From NCBI GenBank assembly GCA_031409655.1, contig JANNXQ010000235.1:26025-90024 (forward strand): a stretch of 64,000 nucleotides of DNA. The letters run 5' to 3'. Under the pieces are notes generated by a model. It was given only the letters and a program-made list of their open reading frames with translations, had not been told where the DNA came from and did no database searches. Source of the stretch: Chthoniobacteraceae bacterium. GTDB taxonomy: Bacteria; Verrucomicrobiota; Verrucomicrobiia; Chthoniobacterales; Chthoniobacteraceae. The position numbers were made by a program, and so were the translations under genes. This document shows positions 22,001-31,402 of the stretch, piece after piece; the stretch's first letter is position 1; each line of letters starts with the position of its first letter.

Positions 22001-23475
22001 TTTGCCGCGGCCCAGCCAAGCGGCACGCCGGGGCCCTTGCCGGCTTTCTCGACCGAGGCTTGCAGCACGGCTGCGCCAGGCTTCGTGGTGAAGACTTGGA
22101 AGATGACGCTCGAGCCCAGGTTCTGGTTGAACCCGCCGTCGTCGATCGCGCCCTGCGCTTCAAAGCCGACCACACCTTCCGGCAGATTATACGAGATCAG
22201 CGATGGCGCGTGCGTGCCGATGCCGTCGCTGAAGCGCTCGTCGTTCACCTTCAGCGCGCCCTTGTCGCAATTGCGCCCATTGATCGTCGCCCCATGGCCT
22301 TGCGTCGTCGCCTTCCAGTTCAGTGAGCCGAGCGGGATGCGGCTGCCGTCCGCCTTGATGAGGACGGGGTTCAGCCAGTTTGCCCAATCCGCCCGGATGC
22401 CGTCGCCGGCGTCGTTGACGACGAGGTGCAGTTGCTTCGCGCCTTTCAAGTCGGCTTTGATCGGGACCGAGCCCCGGTTCACTTTCGCCGTCGTGGCAAT
22501 GGGCGTGGCGTGCGGGTCGCCATCCGCTGCGGGCGCCGCCGCCGCCGCGGCTGGCTTCGGCTCGCGCGGTTGCTTGGGATCGAGGTTCGCCTTGAGATCG
22601 TCCTCCGTGACTTTCGATTCCACGCCATTGGCCGGCACTTCGGCTTTCGCCGTCCAGAGGATCGCATTGAGCACGAGCCGGCGCTGATCTTCCTGCGCCC
22701 AGCCCGCGTGAAAGTGTCCTCCCGTGAAGCCAAACCCGCGTCCGCCATCCGGCCGCTCAAAGGCCCACGCCGTGGTCTGCGGCTTCTTCGCCGCCACCTC
22801 CGCGCGCACCGCTGGATTCCCCGAGTGATGCCCATCCGGCCGGCTCATCGTGCTGTCCGGCGCGATCGCCGAGAGGATGTGCGTCAGCTTGCCCTTCCCG
22901 TCTCCACGGAAGCGCATGTGGAAGTACCACTCGTCCGTCGTCGCGAACGGCTTCACGCCATTGCTGATCGGATGCTTCGGAAACGCCGTGTACTCCGCGA
23001 GCCAGTGCGGATTCACCGACCAATTCGCCTCGAAGAAACCGCCCATCCAATCCAGTGCCTCCGGCCCGCCCGTGCCCTTCTCCGCGAGAAATTCCACCCC
23101 GTAGTGCAGCGCCACAAAACCCACGCCGCGCTGCATCACCTTGGTGAACTCATCGAGGTGCCCATCTTTCACCAGGAAATGTCCCGCCCCGCCGTCGCAG
23201 TAAAAGACCACGGTATCGGCCTGCGCGAGTTCCTCCGGGCTGGGCCACGCGGCGCTGAGGAAAAATTTCGTGGCCACGCCCGGCGCTCCTTGCGCGAGAC
23301 ATTTGGCGAGGAGTTGCACGCCGGCATTGTGCTCATGCTCGCCAGGGCCGTGGGAAGGTCGGCCCGCGAGCAGCAGCACGAGCGGTTTTCCGTCCGGGGT
23401 TTTTGCAGTGAGATCGGCGGTGCAGCCGAGCGCAGTGAAGGCGGCGAGGAGCAGACGGGTGGGGGATGACTTCAT
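19024..23475 (-). CDS. PVC-type heme-binding (CxxCH) multidomain protein: ThuA-like + NPCBM + beta-propeller dehydrogenase-like + HEAT-like + cytochrome c
   Basis: Signal peptide; GRPSHGPGEHEH (ThuA-like); DWANW...GIGTHAPS (NPCBM); AAEPMIQNPTNIDIDPRGRIW, NFRNNYE; CVLCH...GPGL...SMMP. Confidence 0.88.
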   Translation of the reverse strand: MKSSPTRLLLAAFTALGCTADLTAKTPDGKPLVLLLAGRPSHGPGEHEHNAGVQLLAKCLAQGAPGVATKFFLSAAWPSPEELAQADTVVFYCDGGAGHFLVKDGHLDEFTKVMQRGVGFVALHYGVEFLAEKGTGGPEALDWMGGFFEANWSVNPHWLAEYTAFPKHPISNGVKPFATTDEWYFHMRFRGDGKGKLTHILSAIAPDSTMSRPDGHHSGNPAVRAEVAAKKPQTTAWAFERPDGGRGFGFTGGHFHAGWAQEDQRRLVLNAILWTAKAEVPANGVESKVTEDDLKANLDPKQPREPKPAAAAAAPAADGDPHATPIATTAKVNRGSVPIKADLKGAKQLHLVVNDAGDGIRADWANWLNPVLIKADGSRIPLGSLNWKATTQGHGATINGRNCDKGALKVNDERFSDGIGTHAPSLISYNLPEGVVGFEAQGAIDDGGFNQNLGSSVIFQVFTTKPGAAVLQASVEKAGKGPGVPLGWAAAKENMSRFKAASGLGASLVAAEPMIQNPTNIDIDPRGRIWAVEAVNYRSSFKSWGTLREAGDRVVILADTDGNGEADQETTFYQSKDLTNPLGILVLPQGKGTQVIVSAAPKVWLLTDADGDDKAEKAEVIFQVKGNFDHDHQVHAFVFGADGKFYFNCGNESRDLLDANGNFFIDVSGRRTAGDGKPYRQGMVFRCDLVNGKPTNIETLGWNFRNNYEVAVDSFGTMWQSDNDDDGNKGVRINYVMPYGNYGYTDEITGGGWRVERTNLETEIPQRHWHLNDPGVVPNLLQTGAGSPTGILVNEGSALGPQFENQLIHCDAGPRTVRAYPVTADGAGYQATMVDILTSEDPWYRPSDVAIAPDGSLVVADWYDAGVGGHNMADHEKGEIRGRLYRVAPTGGKLSAPTPDFSTAAGCVAALQSPNRATMYVAWQRLSKMGAQAEPALAKLWKEHQNPRIRARALGLLTRLPGREIAYLKEALGDAQSDVRITGVRLCATLAKTADLDTGALEEDRALMGKLLRDPSPQVRREIAVALNGAKDIAKIWAALAAQHDGQDRWYLEALGIGATGNEEACLDAFLTTTAGQWNTPAGRDILWRLRTPKAAPYLAQLLSDKNTTGKPRYVRSFDFLPASPERTQALVALATAGQAADDIAREALLRLKGTDLNANPAVAAALQGALDKARGTPQFIELVRDFGAKGQGAALLETALKKPNDPVASDALKLFYSDGNWGTLLNEELKGPNAAAVLDLLGVAGGNRGLARLSAILTKSGHQAGLRGGAVRALARTQAGATALLNLAKEGKFPEDLKATAANALALVQYANLKDAIAQHFPAPNALGGQPLPLIGDLVKLPGDVSKGRAIFERAESSCVLCHRVGDKGADFGPGLAEIGSKLPKEALYESIISPNAGVSMGFETWQLTLKDGSAALGIIRSETADEVIVALPGGATTKVAKNSIAKRDKLPTSMMPSGLNQALSKDDLVDLVAYLASLKKS

Positions 23476-23755
23476 GGTAGGAGTGGTGAAAGAGGAACGA
23501 CGCTCCAAGCGACGTGGCGAGTCAAGGCCCGGACGCCGGATTTCTTAGCGGTGACGCGGGGGAGGAACGCCTGGGGAATTTCGCCCGTGACCGCAAGCGC
23601 CAAAGGACGCGGCTCCATTTCACAAAGCTTGATGCACGGCAGGATGAATCGTGCCGCCAGGCTGAGGGGCGCATCGAATTTGAGGATCGACCCAGCCCTC
23701 GGCCTTCCACACGTTCTTGCCGCACTGCGACTCCTCGAGCGCTCCCACTCTTTTT

Positions 23756-24499
23756 ATGAAATCCACGCACCGTCTTTCTCTCATCATCGCGGCCCTCGTT
23801 TTCGCTGGGAGTCCCGCCCGCGCCGCGCTGCTCACCGACACGGCGAATTATGCACCGAACCTTGTGATCCCTGACGGCAGCAGCGTGGGCGTGGCGGATA
23901 CGCGCGTTTTCACTTCGCAGATCACGTCCATCTCCGAGATCCGCATCTCTCTGGAGATTTCCAGCGACGTCTCAAACTTCGCCCCGGCCCCGGTGAATAG
24001 CGATACCTTCAACGGAGACTACTACGCCTATCTCAGCCACGCTTCCGGCTTCGCGGTGCTGCTGAACCGGGCGGGGCGCACGGCCAGCAATCCGCTGGGC
24101 TATGCCGATACGGGGTTCAATGTCACCTTCGACGATTCGCCCGCCGGAATCGACATTCACAAATACCAGCTCGTCACGAACCCAGCCGGTGGACTACTGA
24201 CCGGCACCTGGGGAACGGACGGGCGCAATGTGGACCCCACTACGGTGCTGGATACCTCCCTGCGGACGACGTCGCTCGCCTCCTTCAATGGCCTGGACCC
24301 CAACGGCGCCTGGACGCTCTTCGTTGCCGATCTTTCGCTGGTCGGCACTGGGCAGATCATCAGTTGGGGCCTGGAGGTCACCGGTACCGCTCCGGCGATT
24401 GTCTCCGCGGTGCCGGAGCCCGGCACGGCGCTGGCCGGGGCCTTGTGCATCGGCCTGCTTGCTGCCCGCCGGCCGCGCGCGCGAGCGGTCGAGGCTTGA
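23756..24499 (+). CDS. PEP-CTERM protein with proprotein-convertase P-domain-like fold
   Basis: Signal peptide; IPDG...GDYYAYLSH...NGAWTLFVAD...SWGL; C-terminal VPEPG + TM + RRPRAR. Confidence 0.85.
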   Translation: MKSTHRLSLIIAALVFAGSPARAALLTDTANYAPNLVIPDGSSVGVADTRVFTSQITSISEIRISLEISSDVSNFAPAPVNSDTFNGDYYAYLSHASGFAVLLNRAGRTASNPLGYADTGFNVTFDDSPAGIDIHKYQLVTNPAGGLLTGTWGTDGRNVDPTTVLDTSLRTTSLASFNGLDPNGAWTLFVADLSLVGTGQIISWGLEVTGTAPAIVSAVPEPGTALAGALCIGLLAARRPRARAVEA

Positions 24500-24547
24500 A
24501 AAATCACCTGTAACCGCCGGGTGCTCTGGCGCAACGTCTCGAACGGT

Positions 24548-25693
24548 ATGTGTTCCCCACGCCCCTTCCTCCTCGCCGGATTACTCGCCTTTTCCCTGCC
24601 ACAAAGCAGCCGCGCGCAGCACAAGCCACTCCCCACCTTCACCGACGCCGACGCTGCGACGCACGCCGGTGAAGAGGCCACCGTCACCGGAAAGGTGACC
24701 GCCGTCACAAAATCGAAAGGCGGCACGAGCTACCTGAATTTCGGCGATCGTTTCCCGCGCCAGACTTTCAGCGGCGTGGTGCTGGTGCGCGATCAGGAGA
24801 AGGTGGGCGACGTGAAGCTCTACGAAGGCAAGTCCGTCGCGATCAGCGGGAAGATCGAACTCTCGCCAGATCAGAAGCCCCAGATCGTGATCAGTAAGCC
24901 GGAGCAGATCAAACTTACGGAACCTGGCGCGCCTGCCGCACCGACGCCTACGGCAACAGCGGAAGCGAAGGCGGCTCCGACCGCGACTTTGCCGAAGAGC
25001 GCAAACGCGCGGAAGATCGTGCTCGCGCAGAATTGGGCAAACGCATCCCAGACCGGCGCGATGACGCGCAAAGATCTCGCCAGGCTCTTCTCCGGCCAGG
25101 GCACCGCCGCCGAAGCCTCCGAGGCCGACACCGCCATCATCGTCTATCAGGACATCCCTTTTCTCACGCCCTTGGCCGAAGCCCGCAAGCGGCTCAAACT
25201 CGACAGCAGCACACCCTCAAAGGTGAAGGTGACGTGCCCCGGGCTGCCGTTCGACAGCTTCTCTGCCTATGCCTTCACCGGCATCTTCGAAGGCGGCTAC
25301 AACCGGCTCTACCTCGTCACCGACAATGCCGACCAACTCGTCAGTGCGCTCGTCGTTGACGAGAATTCCCGCCAGCGCACCAAGGAACTCGACGACTCCT
25401 TTGGCTACCACACTTACAACTTCATCAACAACCGCGTCAAAGGCACCAACGACCTCATCATCCGCCACGAGATCGCCGCCGCGAGCCGGCCCGGCGTCGT
25501 CACCATCGATAGCACCTTGATCGACCCGAACGATGGCGCGCCGGCATCCTCGAGCCGCACGACGTCCCGCCCGAGCGCCACTTCGAAATCCGTCCCGCGC
25601 ACGGCGCGCGATGGCAAAGTCATGGAGCGCTCGCGCTGGTTCGTGCCCGTGCCGGTGGTGAATCTCATCCTCCGTTCCATCGGCAATCGCTGA
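24548..25693 (+). CDS. Secreted hypothetical protein with N-terminal OB-fold-like domain
   Basis: Signal peptide; AATHAGEEATVTGKV...YLNFGDRFPRQTFSGV...VAISGKIEL...PQIVISKPEQI OB-fold pattern; C-terminal part not recognised. Confidence 0.65.
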   Translation: MCSPRPFLLAGLLAFSLPQSSRAQHKPLPTFTDADAATHAGEEATVTGKVTAVTKSKGGTSYLNFGDRFPRQTFSGVVLVRDQEKVGDVKLYEGKSVAISGKIELSPDQKPQIVISKPEQIKLTEPGAPAAPTPTATAEAKAAPTATLPKSANARKIVLAQNWANASQTGAMTRKDLARLFSGQGTAAEASEADTAIIVYQDIPFLTPLAEARKRLKLDSSTPSKVKVTCPGLPFDSFSAYAFTGIFEGGYNRLYLVTDNADQLVSALVVDENSRQRTKELDDSFGYHTYNFINNRVKGTNDLIIRHEIAAASRPGVVTIDSTLIDPNDGAPASSSRTTSRPSATSKSVPRTARDGKVMERSRWFVPVPVVNLILRSIGNR

Positions 25694-25719
25694 GGGCTGG
25701 ACGTGCGACCGAACTCCGG

Positions 25720-25781
25720 CAAGGAGCAGGGGCGCCCTCGCCCACAGAAGCAACTCGGGGCGGGGGCGCCCCTGCTCCTTG
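25720..25781. repeat. REP-like inverted repeat (24-bp arms)
   Basis: caaggagcaggggcgccctcgccc ... gggcgggggcgcccctgctccttg, one mismatch. Confidence 0.85.
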
Positions 25782-25823
25782 GGCGCAAACAACCTGATGT
25801 TTGACGATCGCAGGGCTGGCGGC

Positions 25824-25953
25824 GCAAGGAGCGGCGACAGTCCTGTCGCCGTCGGGGCCCTGCGCCGGAGGCGCACCACCCCGCCGCTTTTCCAAAAGAG
25901 GTGCGCCTCCGGCGCGCGCCTGGTTCGGCGACAGGAATGTTGCCGCTCCTTGC
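25824..25953. repeat. REP-like inverted repeat pair (28-bp arms, each internally palindromic)
   Basis: gcaaggagcggcgacagtcctgtcgccg (25824-25851) and cggcgacaggaatgttgccgctccttgc (25926-25953), two mismatches. Confidence 0.85.
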
Positions 25954-26195
25954 CACGGTCCTTGCCACGCGCCACCAAAGCCCCAGGCACGCGAGAAATT
26001 CCAAGCTCCGCTTCCTCACGCCTCGCGGACGCTGTAAAAGGCAACGGGGTCAAAGCTTACTATATATTGACACTCGGCGCTCAGCGGATGACCACTGCCA
26101 CTCGGATGACATGGATTCGCCGGGCCTTGCCGCAACGGAGGCGTCCGCCCGTTGCGGAGCGAACGTTCGCGCCCCGAGGTGCTTCCGCTTTCTCC

Positions 26196-26231
26196 ATCCG
26201 TGTCATCCGTGTCATCCGTGGAATCCGTGGC
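26196..26231. repeat. Nonamer tandem repeat (ATCCGTGNN)4
   Basis: atccgtgtc atccgtgtc atccgtgga atccgtggc; degenerate inverted partner near 26097-26116. Confidence 0.75.
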
Positions 26232-26339
26232 CAATTCCATCGACGTTCCCAGGCATGGATCTCGACCAGCACGCGGGCGGCTAGGGAGCACGCTGGCACA
26301 TTCTCCCAAGGCGGCCTTCCGCCACCATTCTCGCCCCCC

Positions 26340-26708
26340 GGCAAACTCCCAACCCGCCAGAAAGGCCAATGCCCGAGAACCCTGAACTCCACCGGACTCG
26401 AAAGGCGAAACGCCCGAGCACCGAAAATTCCAAACGTGCTGGAAAGGACAATTTTCAAGCGCTCGAAACTCTAACCGCGTCAGAAATCTCCTTTCCAGCC
26501 CACTTAGAGCTCTAAGTGCCCCGGAAAGGACAATTCTGAGAGACTTAGAGCTCCAGTTCTCATGCCTGCGAGCCCGGAAGTCCATTTAGAGCTCTAGATG
26601 TATGGAAATCATGCATTCCGGCCCACTTAGAGTTCCAAACGCGCCTCCGGCCATCTTTCTGACCCTGTTAGATCCGAAAAACGCGAATCCTCCGAAGTTG
26701 GCACGCAC
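26340..26708. repeat. Degenerate tandem array, 41-bp period, palindromic core TTAGAGCTCTAA
   Basis: TTAGA starts at 26504, 26545, 26586, 26627 and 26668, exactly 41 apart. Degenerate in-phase units at 26463, 26422, 26381 and 26340. GGAAAGGACAATT at 26441 and 26523 (82 apart). Confidence 0.85.
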
Positions 26709-26980
26709 TTCCGAGTTGGGCTGACCGAGCATTCACGCGATAGAAAAGTACTGAACAAAGCATGTGCAAAGTGTGCAAAGGGACAGGTCTGAATGGCACT
26801 CCAGCCAGCGCAGTCTTAAAATTATAGGAAAATCCTTGCATTCGATTCGCCGTGTCTGGCAGGCTATCCGAGGGTTCTCGGCGCAGATCTGGACCTTTTG
26901 GGAGTCAATTCTGAGACGAGCCCAGCGGAAGAATGGCGTCCAAGGGAAGATCCTGGTCTTCGGAAAATCCCCCCTCCCCA

Positions 26981-29900
26981 ATGAATCCTATACTCGTTTC
27001 CGGCAAACTGTGTTGCGCCCAGCGCGCTCGCGCACTCTGCGCTGGCTTCTTCCTTCTGATCGCCCCCTTCTCTTACGCCCAAATTTTCTGGGATGCCGAC
27101 GGAAGCGCGATCGGCAACTCCACCGCAGGCGCGAATCTCGGCGGCAGCGGAAGTTGGAATACAACGCTCGGGAATTGGTGGAACGGCCTGGCCCCCGCCA
27201 CCAACCCCTGGCCCAACCTCGCGACGAACACCGCCGTCTTCTCCGGTACTGCGGGCACCGTGACGATCAACACCGGCGCGAGCGGCGTGCAAGCCGGCGG
27301 ATTGCGATTCGAGAGCGGCAACTACGTCCTCGCCGGAGCCACCCCCGCCGAAGCGCTCACGCTTGGCGGCCCATTGCCGACTATCACCGTCACCAAGCCC
27401 GGCACCTATGCGAAGATCTCCGCCACCCTCGCCGGCAGCAATGGCCTCACCCTCGCCGGCCCCGGCACCCTCACCCTCACCGGAGCGAATACTTACACCG
27501 GCGGAACGACGATCAGCAGTGGCACTTTGAACGTGTGGCACGACTCGAATCTCGGGGCACCAGGTGCGCCGGTAATACTTGCGAGCGGGATTCTCCAACT
27601 CGGATCGACACGTCTCGACCGTTTGATCACGGTTTCTAACGCAAGCAGGATCGATGTATCACTTCCCAGTGGCGGCGGCGTTGCCGCCATCAGAGAGTTT
27701 CAAGGAGTAGCGACACTAACAAAGACTGGCTTCGGCACCGTGCGGTCTGCGGAAGCGAATGACTCGTTCACCGGTATCCTGAATGTCGAGCAGGGCATCT
27801 TTCAGCTTCTCAACCGCGCGGATGTCGACGCTTTGCATAATCAGCGAGGCAGTGCGCGAAATGCCGCAGGGTATGTCGTGCAGAACGGCGCGATCCTTTC
27901 GGCCAATGGCGCAAATACATCGAATCCGGTGCGAGATTCGTTTTCGGATACAGCCCCGGTCACGCTGAGTGGCGGTACGCTTCAATTGCTGGGCACGGCT
28001 CTCGATTTTCCGCAACGCGAGACGGCGGGAGACCTCATCGTCCAACGGAGTTTGTCGCGAGTGAACCCAATCCGTTTTGCGCAAAACGACTTCGTGCTCG
28101 ATCTCAGGTCGATAACCCATCAATTGGGGGGGCCGTCTCCTTTACGGCATACAATGGCGCCACCAAAACAGGAACTCTCGGTGCTCCGGGCAGCAGCCCG
28201 CGCGTGACTTTCCGCACGGCGCCAGTGTTGAACGACGGGATCATCGGAGGCTTGGCGCTCATCGACGCTAGCACGGCAAGTGCCCCAACGATTGGGGCGG
28301 ATTTCGCAAGCTACCTCGGGACGGGATTGGCGGCGGACCAGGGTGTGGGTGCGCTAGGAACCACAGGATTTGCCGGCTATTCGGTGCATGCGGGTGCATC
28401 GATCGGATCCGCGAGTCCGACTGAGAATGTCTTCATTTCGGGAGGAACTGGAACGGTGGCAAGCATCGGGAGCGTCACGATCAACTCGTTAAAATTTGAA
28501 GCTGTCGCATCGAGTAGCCCGATCATAGCCCAACAACCCGGAACCACCCTCACGATCGACTCGGGCGGCGTGATCTTTACGGGTTCGGCCTCAACACACA
28601 TTCTCGGATCCCAAGGAGGGGTTTTGACCACGCTCGCCGACGCCATCTACTTTCACGTTGCGACCACAGGCGGAGCAACCAGTGCCGTGGCGGCGTCGAT
28701 CACTGGCCCAAATGTCGCAGTCGTGAAGGATATGAATGGGACCTTGACACTCAGCGGGAACAATTCCTACGGAGGGGGTTACGTATATTAGCGGTGGAGG
28801 CACCGTCTCTACAACCACTGTCGCTGGCCGTACATCACTCGGGGCTGGGCCTGTTTTCGTGAATAGTGGTCTGCTGAGCCTCGGCGTGTCTGGGGCGACC
28901 TCTTCGTTGGGCGGATATACTGCGGAAAACGGCGGGCAGATTCAGCTCTCCTCGATCGCCTTCAACTCTCCCGGTGATCGATTCACGATCTCGTCCAACT
29001 CGATCATCACCGCAAACAGCGCCGCCTCCGGTCTGGGACTTAGCAGCCTCACGCGAGTGGCCACCCTTACCGGACCAGGACAAGTCGTTCTCTCCCCAGA
29101 CGCAATCGTCGGTTTCACTAGCAACCTTCCCGGACCGCTAAGTTCAGCTTCGCTGATCAATAACCTGGGAACCAATGCAGATTTGCTCCTGGGAGTCGGT
29201 GCGCAAACTTCGTCCGCCGGTTCGATCACCATCGGTGTTGGTACTCCGTTTCACGGGATCAGCAGCATCGCCAGTGGAGTCGCCAGCGGCCGAGTGGGGA
29301 CGGTATTTGTCACGGCAGGAACGACAGACTTTGTCTTAAACTCTTTCACTGGGGGAACGGGAGGCACGGGGTCCAACTTACTCTCAATCGGCAATGGCTC
29401 GGCTGCCGGGTCCGTCACAATCGCATCCCAGGGAACAGGCCCCGTGAATGCGCACGTGCGGGGAACAAATGTCTCCCTTAACGACGACACCAGCGTGTTC
29501 GGGGGACCTGCAGCTCCGCTGACCTTCGTAGTGGATCCCGGCGGCACGTTGGCTCTTCAAAGCGGCAACGCCCTCGGCAGCGGGACGGGTTTGGCCAGCG
29601 TACGCGTCACGAATGGCGGATCCTTGAATCCCGCATCGCCCACCGCCATCAATGGTGCCGTTCGCATTGAGGCCGGCGGGCGGTTCCAGCCCTCATCTCC
29701 AGCCTCTCGGGCACGGGCTCGATCGCCTTTGAGCCGGGTTCGATCCTGAGCATTTCACCCAATGGCTGGAGCCGCCCGCAGGCGAATGCAACGCTGCTGC
29801 CGGACAACGCCATCGTTCGAATCCTGGCAAGCAATTTCGGCTCCCCTTCGCAGCCGCTCCTTACCCAACCATCCTTTTCTGGGGCGGGAATCTACGTGCT

Positions 29901-31260
29901 AACCAGTTCCGTCGCTGCGGCGAATCCGCTCGTCCCGAATACTACGATCTTGAACCTAAACCACGGCGGCATCGTCACGGCGGACAGCGGAGGCCGCGCG
30001 TGGGCTAATGCGCCCAATGGAGTGATCACGGTGGGGACCGGGGGAGGTGTTATAGCGGCATCGACGACCGGTTTCTTCCAAATGGAGAACGCGATGAACC
30101 TCGGCACGAACATCCTTACGGTGGGCTCTGACCTGAACCTCGATGGCGAACTCAAACACGGTGAGGTGCGGCTTGCTGCTCGCGTCGATGCAGCGCCAGG
30201 TGCTAAAATCGCGGTGATCCCTGATGTCGCCCTCCGGCTCGTCGGGCCTAATATCCTCGACGACGATCTCCGCGTCACGCTCGGCGCGGACAGCCTTTTG
30301 CTCGTGGACAATGCCGAGACCGTGGATCGCATCACGGGCGCGGCGAGCAGCCGCATCCTCGGCGCGGCGCCACTCACGCTCGCCAATGCCGATGGTGGCG
30401 ACTTTACGCTGGACTCGAGGATCGAGGGAGGCGCGAGCTTTTCGCTCGTGAAGCAAGGGGGCGGCACGCTCACGCTCACGCACCCTGCGAGTTCCTTTTC
30501 GGGGCCTGTCACCGTCTCTGGTGGCAGACTCACCGTGAATGGTTCCCTCACGCAAACGAGCTCCGTGCTCGTCGATGGCCCTGGAGCGCGATTCGGCGTC
30601 AACGGCTCGATCAATCCCGGCGCAACGACCGTCGTCGCCAACGGCACCGTCTCCGGGACGGGCAGCCTCGGCCCCGTGGTCACCAGCGCGGCAACGACCA
30701 GTGCGCGCGTCGCTCCGGGCAATAGCATCGGCATACTGACGGTAAACGGCACGGCGACCACGCCTGGACTCGACCTCAGCAGCGGAAGCGGCGCCGTGCT
30801 GAGCATCGAAGTCGGGAAAGCGATCGCCGGCAACACGCTGCTCGGTCCGGGTGTCGATTACGATCAGATCGTGGTCAACGGACATAGCGGCACGCTCAAT
30901 CGCATCGTCCTCGGATTCGACGCCACGCTGGAGATCGCCTTTCCCGCGGGGCGCTTCTTGGACGTGGGTGACATATTCTTCATCGCCGTGAACGTTGCGA
31001 ACGAGGAGCCCGTGAGTGGCACCTTTGCCTCGCTCGCGGAGGGGGCGACCGTGCTTGCCGCCGATGGCACGCCGTTCACCGTCACCTACCGCGCCGATTG
31101 GGAGGGCACCCAGGCGGCGAGCCGCTCCGTGGGCGGGAATGACGTGGCACTCATCGCGGTGCCGGAGTCGAACGCTGCCGCATTTGCCCTCGCGGGTGCT
31201 GTCTGGCTGCTCGCGCGCCGCCGTCGCCGGACCGCCGACGAATTGCCTCGGGCGTGGTGA
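26981..31260 (+). pseudogene. Frameshifted large surface protein with autotransporter-associated beta-strand repeats and PEP-CTERM-like C-terminus (about 1426 aa if repaired)
   Basis: Four ORFs join into one protein across single-base shifts at about 28126-28132, 28771-28780 and 29688. PATR repeats (GPGTLTLTGANTYTGGTTISSGTL; NGTLTLSGNNSYGGGT; GGGTLTLTHPASSFSGPVTVSGGRL). Ends in AVPESNAAAFALAGAVWLLARRRRR. Confidence 0.85.
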
Positions 31261-31402
31261 TCAACGAATCGAGTGACCGCAGCTAATTTTTTGGAAGTGC
31301 TGTCTGACGTAGTTCCCCAATTGCGATCGATTGACAGTCACGCCGCGTTTCCTCTCGGGATATTCCGGGCGGGACGTTTACTGGGTCCGAGACCGCGCTG
31401 GC

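Noticed and set aside
25779..26585. ORFs 25779-26474 (+), 25414-26019 (-), 26016-26585 (-) and others in the spacer
   Set aside because: They translate REP, nonamer and 41-bp repeats (e.g. IRVIRVIRGIRG), are Arg/Pro-rich and show no recognisable domain.
26340..26708. CRISPR array
   Set aside because: The conserved core is only about 12 bp and degenerate, the period of 41 bp is too short, the inter-core segments resemble each other, and no cas genes are present. Kept as an unexplained array instead.
26699..26810. Sigma54 promoters at TGGCAC hits (about 26699 and 26794; also about 48807)
   Set aside because: None has TTGC at the required -12 spacing.
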